A DNA stretch of 64,000 nt from Paraspadella gotoi. Taxonomy: Eukaryota; Animalia; Chaetognatha. The notes under the pieces are model-generated. The model was not told the origin of the DNA. It worked only from the letters and a program-made list of their open reading frames with translations, and did no database searches. Location of the stretch: assembly GCA_051294375.1 (NCBI GenBank), contig JBJCIZ010000239.1:1382581-1446580 (forward strand). Direction: 5' to 3'. A program made the translations under genes and the position numbers. This document shows positions 13,648 through 24,805 of the stretch, in pieces; position 1 is the first letter of the stretch; each line of letters opens with the position of its first letter.

Positions 13648-14036
13648 AAAACGGTAATTCAAATGTGTTGCGCCGCAGTGACTGCCTTATCACGAGTATT
13701 TCTCGTGACATGACATGACATGATATGACACGACGTGACATTTCGTGACATGACTACATGACTACAATAACTTTCTTAGCCCGTGTATTTCTGACACGCA
13801 CTGCATCAGAAATTTATTTTTTATTCTTTATAGTTTTAGGATTTCCTGAAGGCGAATGTATGTTTGATTTGATGTTTTTTCCTGTTTTGACAAATGAGCA
13901 ACCAACTATATGCAAGTTATGAGCATTTTTAACGTAAGTGGGAAAGACCGACGGACTGACATACCGACAGACGGACCGACCGACCGAAAAGTGACTTATA
14001 GAGTTGCTCCGCGAGTACTCGCGGCGCAAATAAAAA
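13648..14036. mobile_element. Non-autonomous Helentron/HINE (DINE-1-like) interspersed element, near full-length copy
   Basis: Terminal palindrome CCGCGAGTACTCGCGG (14009-14024) next to an A-run, (GACC/GACA)n tract, conserved core ACAAATGAGCAACCAACTATA, internal (CATGA)n. Shared with at least 5 other loci in the window. The family assignment rests on structure only. Confidence 0.6.
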
Positions 14037-14763
14037 TTGCGATAGATACAGGGGTGAAGCCCCCAGTCAGGGAAGCTGCTAGGTAATTGAGGTGAAATGG
14101 TTGAGAAGGTAAAAAGGTAAAAAGGGTTGGGCTTGGGTACCGTATGTGAACCGGAACAGAAGTCGATGTCGAGAGAGTGGGTCGAAAAAGGAGGGAAAAA
14201 GGACTTGAGTAAACAGATGGGTAATGGGTAAGGAAAAATGAGCGAAAAGGTAAGTGCAATTGACTGATTCGTGAGTGACGAATGGAGCAAAATGAATCAG
14301 CGGCTTTGGGGGGGGGAAATAACGGGAGTTTAGGCGTTGATGGACGAGTTGTGAGGTGATGAGTTGTGAATGAGTGAATAAAATGAACTAATTTCATTAT
14401 TACCAATTAAAACTTTCTGGTCTATGCACCAAAAAATTACTCCTCAGCCAGAGGACTACAGAAAAAAGGTAAGATTTCTACTTTGAACTGAGAAATGACG
14501 CTTTTCTTTGAAATAAAAAGGAGATAAGTTTGTTTTTTAATTTTGTTTTTAATATAGATTTCAACTAATGAATAATACTACAACATGCAAATGAGATTAA
14601 GATTTCAAAAGTCGATGAAATTTTACTTTTCACTGGGAAATATCGCGACGGAAACGATAACGACCAACGAGAGAGAAAGACAGAATACTAATAACAACAA
14701 CAACAACAACGATCGATCTCACGACCACACGACCACACCGCCACGCCCCTCCCCACAACTCAC

Positions 14764-14875
14764 CATATGAAGTCCTTGCAGTGACCACAGAAGGTGGGCT
14801 GCTTGAAGAATCGCGGAATAAACTTGTGGTCTTTCACTTCGAAGACGTTCTTCTGACGCAGCGCCCCGCGGCGGT
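14764..14875 (-). CDS. Conventional protein kinase C (PKC alpha/beta/gamma-like), pseudosubstrate + N-terminal half of C1A domain exon; 5' end lost in N gap
   Basis: Translates [37 protein letters not shown], nearly identical to human PKC alpha [37 protein letters not shown]. Ends TG|GTGAG (phase 2 inside the Trp codon), the position I recall for vertebrate cPKC genes. Confidence 0.95.
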
Positions 14876-16328
14876 NNNNNNNNNNNNNNNNNNNNNNNNN
14901 NNNNNNNNNNNNNNNNNNNNNNNNNNNNNNNNNNNNNNNNNNNNNNNNNNNNNNNNNNNNNNNNNNNNNNNNNNNNNNNNNNNNNNNNNNNNNNNNNNNN
15001 NNNNNNNNNNNNNNNNNNNNNNNNNNNNNNNNNNNNNNNNNNNNNNNNNNNNNNNNNNNNNNNNNNNNNNNNNNNNNNNNNNNNNNNNNNNNNNNNNNNN
15101 NNNNNNNNNNNNNNNNNNNNNNNNNNNNNNNNAAAGAAAGGTAAAGAAAATAAATGAAGAGAAGATTAGAAATGATGAGAAGAAAAGAGAAAAGATGATA
15201 GGAAAAGAGAAGAGAAGAAAAGAAAAGAAAAGAAAAGAAAAGNNNNNNNNNNNNNNNNNNNNNNNNNNNNNNNNNNNNNNNNNNNNNNNNNNNNNNNNNN
15301 NNNNNNNNNNNNNNNNNNNNNNNNNNNNNNNNNNNNNNNNNNNNNNNNNNNNNNNNNNNNNNNNNNNNNNNNNNNNNNNNNNNNNNNNNNNNNNNNNNNN
15401 NNNNNNNNNNNNNNNNNNNNNNNNNNNNNNNNNNNNNNNNNNNNNNNNNNNNNNNNNNNNAAGAAAAGAAAAGAAAAGAAAAGAAAAGAAAATAAATGAA
15501 GATAAGATTAGAGAAGATGAGAAGAAAAGAGAAAAGATGATAAGAAAGGAAAAGAAAAGAAAAGAAAAGAAAAGAAAAGNNNNNNNNNNNNNNNNNNNNN
15601 NNNNNNNNNNNNNNNNNNNNNNNNNNNNNNNNNNNNNNNNNNNNNNNNNNNNNNNNNNNNNNNNNNNNNNNNNNNNNNNNNNNNNNNNNNNNNNNNNNNN
15701 NNNNNNNNNNNNNNNNNNNNNNNNNNNNNNNNNNNNNNNNNNNNNNNNNNNNNNNNNNNNNNNNNNNNNNNNNNNNNNNNNNNNNNNNNNNNNNNNNNNN
15801 NNNNNNNNNNNNNNNNNNNNNNNNNNNNNNNNNNNNNNNNNNNNNNNNNNNNNNNNNNNNNNNNNNNNNNNNNNNNNNNNNNNNNNNNNNNNNNNNNNNN
15901 NNNNNNNNNNNNNNTCTCTCTCTCTCTTTCTCTCTAATTTTCGAATGCGTGATTTTTTTTGGGTTCGATAAACTCAGATATCAGTGAAAAATCTAATTCG
16001 AAATTTAAAAAAAAAAAAATAAGTGAAAGAAAAATGATGAAAAAATCTCGAAAGAAAAAAAAAATTTTGAAGCCAAAATGATTGATAGAAAAATTGATGA
16101 GATAAAGAACGAATATTGAATAACATGAAAAGGAAAGAAAGAAAAAAAAGGTACTATAAGAAAATAAAAGGGGGAAAAAGAAGGAAAGAGAAAAAAAGGA
16201 AAGATCAAAAATAAAAAGGGAAAGAAAAAAAGGGAAAAAAGAAAGGAAATAAGAAAAAGAAGAATATGTAAATAAAGTAAAAAAGAAAGAGGAACGACAG
16301 AAAGAAAGTGATAAGGAGAGAGAGAATA

Positions 16329-16550
16329 CATGACGTGACGTGACATGACGTGACGTAACATGACTACATGACGACAATAACTTTCTAAGCCCGTGTATTG
16401 CATCAAAATTCCGTCTTTTATTCTAGATATTTTAGATATTCTAGATATTTTAGTTGAAGGCGGCGCAGCAGTCCCTTAGATTTGAGGTTGTTTTCTGTCT
16501 TAATCAAAGAGCAACCAACTCTCGGGAAATTATATGCATTTTTAACGTAA
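16329..16550. mobile_element. Partial copy of the same HINE-like element
   Basis: (CATGA/CGTGA)n + ACTTTCTAAGCCCGTGTATT + GAGCAACCAACT core. The copies at 19190-19561 and 21470-21678 lie in the duplicated segment. Confidence 0.5.
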
Positions 16551-16974
16551 AGATGCGAATATGAGTTAAACTTTGTGTAATGAGCTGTTTTTAAATGCCG
16601 ATCAAATTATGATGCAGATGCACACAAGGCTACAAGCGTATGCATTAACCGCAAAATGACAACGGAACAATGAATAAGCAATTTAGGTAGTCTAGACATT
16701 GTTTCCGACTCATTCTTCGCCTTGATAGAGTTTTCTTCTGAAATTTCTGGTAGCCCTTTGTGGAATGTGGAAATGTGAAATTCAGATTTCCTGAACGACC
16801 AATCGCCATTAACAAAAAAAAACTGAACATTATCCCTCAATTTGTTTTAAATCATTAACCATTTTTAACAATTAAGCCTCCAGCTCCCTTCCTCTCTTCC
16901 ATTCCCGAAAGAGGAGGACGACGAACGACGGACCGAAGAAAGATTATTTCTTATTATGTCTTCCCGGTTTACCT

Positions 16975-19900
16975 TTGCTCTCTCTTTCTTCTCTCCTCCT
17001 TCTCTTCCTGCTCCTTTTGCTCTCTTTTTTCACTTCCTCTTGCTTTTCCATTCCTCTTCTCCTCCTTCCTCCTCCTTTTCACTTCCTCTTCCTCTTATCC
17101 TATTTTCTTAGTCTATTCATCTTCTTCCTTTTCACTTCCTCTTCCTTTCCTCTATTCCTATCCTCTTTCTCCTCTCTCTTCTTTTTCACTTCCTCTTCCT
17201 CTATTCCTATTCCATCTTCTCTCTGCTCCTATTTTTCACTTCCTCTTCCTCCTACTCTCTTCCTTTTTCACTTCCTCTTTCTTCCTTCCTCCTCCCTCGC
17301 TCTATTCTTTTCCTTTCCTTTCCTCTCATCTTCTCCTCGCTTCTCTACTTCTTTCTTTCCCTCTAATCTTCTCCTTCCTCCCTGTTCTTCTCAATCTCAT
17401 TCCTTGTTTTATTGTATAATTTCTTCTTTCCTCTTCTACCTTTTTTTCCTCCTCCTCCTCCTCTCCACTTCCCCTCCCCTCTCATTCCAAAAAAAAAATC
17501 AAGTAAAAATCTCACGATTCGAATCGACTGGGATTCTTAGCCACAGACCCTACAATCCCGGCAAAAAAAACATTTCCACATTACAAATGCTACAATATTA
17601 TATACAAACATAAACAATCGTCCATGATAATTCTCGCCCATTTCTTTCCTCAACGAGAGGGAAAGAAAGAGGTCATTTCCGCGTTTCCCGGTCTGCGATT
17701 TTTACAAGGTTTTCATATTCTTTCTGACGCCGTTTTGCTTTGGTTTGGGTTTGGGTTTGGGTTTGGTTTGGGTTTGGTTGGGTCGGTTGGGTTTGGTTTT
17801 GTTTTTGGGTTGGTTTGGTTGGTTCAAAGTGTGACTTTTTGGTACACTTATTGTCGAGTTGGTTTATTGAACTCTTTTACATAGTTTTCGTTTACATTTG
17901 TCTCATATGGTCGTAACTCACCTAGTCGTTCAAAGTCAGAAGCAGATAGCTATTTATAAATTAATAGATAATTTCATATCGTTGTACCAGTTTGATTACG
18001 GAACTTCAAGACATTTACTTTTTAATTCTACTAATCTGCAGCGCCTATTTTTTTTCCGCTCGTGTCTCCATTTTTTTACAACGGTTTCATTCTATTTGTA
18101 CCGACAATCCGCGCCGGCTGTCAAATGTTTCAGCCCGGCGAAAGTTCGATGGCACCGGCGTCCAATTATCGCACTGGCCATCACATCTCGGATACTGGCC
18201 GTAATTTTCTTCGCTTTCTTCTCGCTCGAGCGCAAACGCGTCCGATTGCGCTCAATCTTGCAACGCCGCCCGATTTGTCGTCCGCGACCGGAGAGAATTG
18301 GGGGAACCGTCGGCATCCGAAGATTCCGGCGGCGAACATTTTCGTATTCGTGAAGTTTGCGACGACGTTGGCGCCGCAAGCGGTGTGTTGGGCAAATGTG
18401 TGATTGAACCGAATTGTAATTTGAATTGTACGGTGAAATCTTCGCCTGAGAATTGGCGCGATAAAAAGGGGCTGATTAAATCGGCACCGCGTAATGCCGC
18501 GTCGGCAACGATCGGCGCCCGTGATTTTTGACGCCGGCATAAATTTTGCCACTCGTGCATCGGGCGCCTACAGGAAATCGGCGCCCCGTGAATTTGATGC
18601 CGGCCTAAATGACAATTATGCATCGGGCGCCTACAGAATAGGCGCCCTGTTAATCGACGCCGGCATAAATTTGCACTCGTGCATCGGCGCCTACAGGAAT
18701 CGGCGCCCCGTGATTTTTGACGCCGCACGAATCGCGCAGCGCGACTTAGAGCCCGTAACAATCGGCGCCGTGTGAATTAGCGCCGCAACGAATCTGGCGC
18801 CGCTTGATTGATCTATGTAGCGAAAACAACGGAGAAAAAAATTACGATTCGTTTCGCGAGAGAAGGGATTCTGAGAGGAGAGGGATAGGGGGGGAGAAAT
18901 GTTAGGCGAGTGTTTAAGGGGACGGTACTTATGGTTTTTAAGGGGGAGTAGTGGTTGATAATGTCTTGGGTAAGGGCTATCTTTTATTATTGCCTAAATC
19001 AGAGTTAAAGTTGTTTTTAATGTTAGAATAAATTTAGAGATTAACAAGGGTTAGACTAAGATAGGTTTAAGAATAGGTTTGGGTTTGGGATAATCTCGGG
19101 TTGGATGGTGCATTCGATAAATAAGATTAGGCTCAGATATAAAGTTAAAATACAATTAAAGATTATGAACGGAATTGGGCGCTTTAAAAAAAACGGTAAT
19201 TCAAATGTGTTGCGCCGCAGTGACTGCCTTATCACGAGTATTTCCGTGACTGACATGAATGATATGACACGACTTGACATTTCTACATGACACATGACTA
19301 CAATAACTTTCTTAGCCCGTGTATTTCTGACACGCACTGCATCAGAAATATTTTTATTCTTTATAGTTTTAGGATTTCCTGAGGCGAATGTATGTTTGAT
19401 TTGATGTTTTTTCCTGTTTTGACAAATGAGCAACACTATATGCAAGTTATGAGCATTTTTAACGTAATGTGAAAGACCGACGGACTGACTACGACGACGG
19501 ACCGACCGACCGAAAAGTGACTTATAGAGTTGCTCCGCGAGTATCGCGGCGCAAAATAAAATTCGATGATACAGGGGTGAAGCCCCGTCGGGAAGCTGCT
19601 AGTAATTGAGGTGAAATGGGGAGAAGGTAAAAGGTAAAAAGGGTTGGGCTGAGGTACCGTATGTGAACCGAACAGAGTCGATGTCGAAGGTGGGTCGAAA
19701 AAGGAGGAAAAAGGACTTGAGTACAGATGGGTAATGGGTAAGGAAAATGAGCGAAAAGGTAAGTGCAATTGACTGATTCGTGGTGACGAATGGAGCAAAA
19801 TGAATCAGCGGCTTTGGGGGGGGAAATAACGGGAGTTTAGGCGTTGAACGAGTGTGAGGTGAGAGTTGTGAATGAGTGAATAAAATAAACTAATTTCATT

Positions 19901-21058
19901 ATTACCAATTAAAACTTCTGGTCTATGCACCAAAAAATTACTCCTCAGCCAGAGGCTACAGAAAAAAGGTAAGATTTCTACTTTGAACTGAGAAATGACG
20001 CTTTTCTTTGAAATAAAAAGAGATAAGTTTGTTTTTAATTTGTTTTAATATAGATTTCACTAATGAATAATACCATACACATGGCAAATGAGGATTAAGA
20101 TTCAAAAGTCGATGAAATTTTACTTTTCACTGGAAATATCGCGACGGAAACGATAACACCAACGAGAAGAAAGACAGAATACTATAACAACAACACAACA
20201 CGATCGATCTCACGACACACGACCACACCCCACGCCCTCCCACAACTACCATATAAGTCCTTGCAATGACACAGAGGTGGCTGCTTGAAGATCGCGAATA
20301 ACTTGTGGTCTTTCACTTCGAAGACGTTTCTTCTACGCAGCGCCCGCGGCGGTGAAGCCGCGAAGGCGTTCTTCTGCCTGATGTTTACGGGGGGGGAGAA
20401 TGAGAAAGGGGAAGAGGAGAGAAGAGGAGAGGATAAAAACGAGAAAAGAGATGTGAAATTGGAGAAAGAAAAAAAAGAAGGTAAGAAAATAAATGAAGAG
20501 AAGATTAGAAATGATGAGAAAAGAGAAAAGATGATAGGAAAAGAGAAGAAAGAAAAAAGAAAGAAAAGAAAGAAAAGAAAAGAAAGGTAAAGAAAAAATG
20601 AAGAGAAGATTAGAAATGATGAGAAGAAAAGAGAAAAGATGATAGAAAAAGAAGAGAGAGAAGAAAGAAAAGAAAGAAAGAAAGAAAAGAAAAGAAAAGA
20701 AAAGAAAGAAAGAAAAGAAAAGAAAGAAAAGAAATAATGAGATAAGATAGAGAAGATGAGAAGAAAAGAAAAAGATGATAAGAAAAGAAAGAAAAGAAAA
20801 GAAAGAAGAAAAGAAAAGAAAAGAAAGAAAGAAAAGAAAGAAAGAAAGAAAAGAAAAGAAAAAAAAGAGAGGAATTGTAGGGAAATAAACAGATTTATGT
20901 AGCGAGTTTCAATCTCAATGATTAAACACTCGACTTCTTGATAAAATCTTTTATTGATACGCAGCTTAGCGAAAATTTTGACTGATTGTTTTCTGGTCTC
21001 TCTCTCTCTCTTCTCTCTCTCTCTCTTTTTCTCTCTCTCTTTCTCGCTCCTCTCTCTC

Positions 21059-21089
<31 letters not shown>

Positions 21090-22086
21090 TCTCTCTAATT
21101 TTCAATGCGTCATTTTTTTTGGGTTCGATAAACTCAGATACAGTGAAAATCTATTCGAATTTAAAAAAAAAAAATAAGTGAAAGAAAAATGATGAAAAAT
21201 CTCGAAAGAAAAAAAAAATTTTGAACCAAAATGATTGATAGAAAAATGATAGATAAAAACGAATATTTGAATAACATGAAAAGGAAAGAAAGAAAAAAAA
21301 AGTACTATAAGAAATAAAAGGGGGAAAAGAAGAAGAGAAAAAAAGGAAGATCAAAATAAAAAGGGAAAGAAAAAAAAGGAAAAAAGAAAGGAAATAGAAA
21401 AAGAAGAATATGTAAATAAAGTAAAAAAGAAAGAGGACGACAGAAAGAAAGTGATAATGAAGAGAGAATACATGACGTGACGTGACATGACGTGACGTAA
21501 CATGACTACATGACGACAATAACTTCTAAGCCGTGTATTGCATCAAATTCCGTCTTTATCTAGATATTTTAGATATTCTAGATATTTTAGTTGAAGCGCG
21601 CAGCAGTCCTTAATTTAGGTTGTTTCTGTCTAATCAAGAGCAACCAACTCTCGGAATTATATGCAATTTTAACGTAAAGATGCGAATATGGAGTTAAACT
21701 TTGTGTAATGAGCTGTTTTTTAATTGCGATCAAATTATGATGGCAGATGCACACAGCTACAAGCGTATGCATTAACCGCAAATACAACGGAACAATGAAT
21801 AAGCAATTAGGTAGTCTAGACATTGTTTCCGACTCATTCTTCGCCTTGATGAGATTTTCTTCTGAAATTTCTGGTAGCCCTTTGTGGAATGTGGAAATGT
21901 GAAATTCAGATTTCTGATACGACAAATCGCCATTACAAAAAAACTGAACCTTATCCCTCATTTGTTTTAAAATTATTAACCATTTTACAATTAAGCTCCA
22001 GCTCCCTCCTCTCTTCCATTCCGAAAAGAAGACGACGAACGAAAACGACGACCTAGAAGATTATTTCTTATTATGTCTTCCCGGTT
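16975..22086 (+). other. Deletion-biased direct duplicate of ~11269-16972 (likely assembly artefact)
   Basis: Collinear over ~5 kb, and it spans the N gaps at 14876-15914 of the first copy. A 25-N gap follows at 22259. Confidence 0.9.
20250..20377 (-). CDS. Second, error-ridden copy of the cPKC pseudosubstrate/C1A exon (probably an assembly duplicate)
   Basis: Same sequence with small indels. It supplies the acceptor ...AAACATCAG|GCAGAAGAACGCCTTCGCGGCTTCAC (G-R-R-T-P-S-R-L-H) missing from the first copy. Lies inside the 16975-22086 duplicate. Confidence 0.7.
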
Positions 22087-22777
22087 TATGCCTTATAACG
22101 AGCCACTTTAATCATATCTAATACTCGCCCATTTATCAAAACTAGTATCTCCATTTTGATGCTCAAAAGATTCTTTGAGGCGTCGACACAAAAGGCAACG
22201 ACGAGTTCGAGAGACGGACGGGGGAGACGATACGACGACGACGACGACGACGACGACGNNNNNNNNNNNNNNNNNNNNNNNNNATGATGACAATGACGAC
22301 TATGTTGACGCGACGATGACAACATACAAGGTGATAACGACAAGGACGCCGACAATGACGACGATGAAAACGGAAAAGTCATATGACAAAAAACGTCTTT
22401 AAGAAAACGATGACGATGAAAACAACAACGATCAAATCAAGGAGGACAAAAACAATGACAATAACGACGCTGACAAAGACGACAACGACGCTGACGACGA
22501 GAAAGAAGACGATGATGCCGATAACGACGATGGCGACGACGAAGACGACGACGTCGCAAACAAGGGCAGATCCCGTAGGACCCAACCATCAATCAAAACA
22601 GAACCGGTAAATTCGTATAAGATCACCGAATGAATGTGAACATCACAAACGAATTTCTTTGCTTCAAACGAGATCACCGAGTGAATGAAAAGAGACTTAG
22701 AGCGTCGACGGAGAAAAACGGCGCCAATGTATTGCGTTTCGTTTCTCCATGACGTCGATTAAAATAAAAGAAAGTGT

Positions 22778-22849
22778 CTCCCCGGCGGGGAATCGAACCC
22801 CGGTCTCTCGCGTGACAGGCGAGGATACTCACCACTATACTACCGAGGA
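22778..22849 (-). tRNA. tRNA-Asp (anticodon GTC)
   Basis: Reverse complement TCCTCGGTAGTATAGTGGTGAGTATCCTCGCCTGTCACGCGAGAGACCGGGGTTCGATTCCCCGCCGGGGAG is a 72-nt cloverleaf with A and B boxes (GGTTCGATTCC) and the anticodon at 22814-22816. T-runs (Pol III terminator) follow at ~22761-22773. Confidence 0.97.
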
Positions 22850-23394
22850 GCGATGGGGGATGATAAACGAAAAATCGCCCCTAGTCACTATGAGTCTGTT
22901 CTGCATGAATGTCAGACGTTTGCCAGTTAATTGATTAAGCGTTGGGTATAAAAATTGTTTTCATCATATTTCATATTATCTTTTCAATCAAGTTTTTTAC
23001 GTAAATTTGAAGAAAAAAGGAAAAAGGAATATAATGTTATATATTATATGATATAATATAATATTAATAAGATATTTTTTTTTAAAAAAGATTTTTTTTC
23101 GAATTAAACGCCGAAATAGATTTTATGGGCGCTGGCCGTGGCCACTGGCCAGTCTAATTTTTCAATCCTCGGTAGATAGTTGTACAATGTACATTGGATT
23201 AGATGCGTACGGGATTCACCACCGCGATGTACATTGTACAATGTACATTTATGTACAATGTACACCACCCTAATATCCATTATCCATACACGACGTGAAA
23301 TCTCACACTTGTGAAATCATTCTCCGACACAACCGACACTTCGACACCCTAATTCAAGTCACTCCTTTACACATCGCCCGCTTCTTTCCAAGCC

Positions 23395-23581
23395 GGGTTT
23401 CATTTTCGCAAAACGACCCATTTAAACTTAAATTAGGATACAGATTAGGGTTGAGGATTAGTTTATTGATTATGGTTAAAAACTTGGTTTAATCGTAAGT
23501 TTAGGGTTTAAAGCTAGTATTGATAATTAGAATTCAGAAATTTAAGAAACAGAAACGGGCCGCTTTTGGAAAAGAGAGCCC
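23395..23581. mobile_element. Putative degenerate MITE with TTAGGG-like interior
   Basis: Ends 23395-23423 and 23553-23581 are imperfect inverted repeats (20/29 by hand). The right end recurs at ~24609-24638, again after TTAGGG-like sequence. Confidence 0.35.
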
Positions 23582-24741
23582 AACGCGGTTGGCGATATAC
23601 TCTTAATCTCAGCCTCCGCCGAAAACCGCAACAAAAAAAACAAAACCAAAAAAAAAAACAACAACCCAGAAATGAAGGCCGCAGTTGGGTATGTCGAGGC
23701 GAGGCGAGACGGGGTGAGGTCTCTCGACGCTCGACGGTGATTGGCGGAGAAATAGATTGAAAAAAAAAATGATCTCTTTCACGGATTTGGGGGGGCGTGG
23801 GAGGGGGGGGAAGGAGGAGGAGGAGAAGGAGGAGGAGGGGAAAGGAGGAGGAAGAGGAGGAGGAAAAATGTCGAATTTCAATGCTTGTTTGTTGCTTGTT
23901 TGTCTGTTAATTCGCTTGCTTTTTTTTTTTCTCTCTCTTTTTTTTTCTCTGTTTTAATTATCCGACTCGTTGATTCGTTTGTTTGTTTTTTTTTCGATTA
24001 TTCGTTTATTCAAGCATTAATTTGTTATTTAATTTATTAATAAGTCAAAACCCCCGAAAAAAACTAGTCTACGCAGTTCGTTTCATCCCCCCCTCCACCC
24101 TCCGACCACCCCCAAAAAAAAATCCTGGGTCGAAACGAGTAACTCGGAATTGGACTGGTGGGAAACCTGGGTGGGAACTCGAAGTGGCTTAACTCGGAAG
24201 TGGGAACATCGGGGGTCGAACGTGGGTCAGAGGAAGTTGATCGGAAGTGCAAATCGAAAGTCGGAATTTAAACTGACAGGAATCGAGAGGATTTCAGATT
24301 TCCGAGAAATACTTTTATCGATCGAAGACGAGATCGGTTTTTACCACGATTCCTCCGATTCCCGGTTTTTTTTTTTTTTTACCAGGATTCGTTCTATACC
24401 ACGATTCTTCCCATCTTTTCCTCGATTCGACCGAATTTGGAACGAATTCCCGTTAAATTTCCATTCTCATTCGATCTTAAATTAAAAATAAGTAATTTTT
24501 TTTTTTAAATTAAAGATTAGATTAGATTAGGTTAGGGATTAAGGCTAGTGATTAAGGATAGAGAATGGGTTAATGATTTGGGTTAGGGATTAGAGCCTCG
24601 GGTTTAACAAAACGGGTCGCTTTTGGAAAAGAGAGCCAAAAGAGGCTCTCGATCGGCGAATAACCCTGACGCGGGACCCTACCCTCCCTTCTAAATTCAA
24701 CCCACCCCGACTCAACCCTCAACCCTTACCCGAACCCTTAC

Positions 24742-24805
24742 CCGCCGCTTCCTCCTGCGGAGCGTCGACGAAGGCCGGTGACGCCGTTGCTTGAGAATCC
24801 GCCAT
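24742..24805 (-). CDS. Conventional protein kinase C, putative first coding exon (MADSQATASPAFVDAPQEEAA+G)
   Basis: Minus strand reads AAAACAAG-ATG-GCG-GAT..., 64 nt, ending at donor G|GTAAG (phase 1). The phase matches the acceptor of the pseudosubstrate/C1A exon. The MAD- start resembles vertebrate PKC alpha/beta N-termini. Linkage to exon 2 is inferred. Confidence 0.65.

Noticed and set aside
14781-15971. 396-aa ORF and other X-containing ORFs (25523-29192)
   Set aside because: Artefacts of translating through N gaps. 14781-14875 is the antisense of the PKC exon.
16975-22086. Tandem PKC exon duplication (mutually exclusive exons or paralogue)
   Set aside because: The second copy has frameshifting indels in exon and intron alike and sits next to a 25-N gap; a read-error duplicate is more parsimonious.
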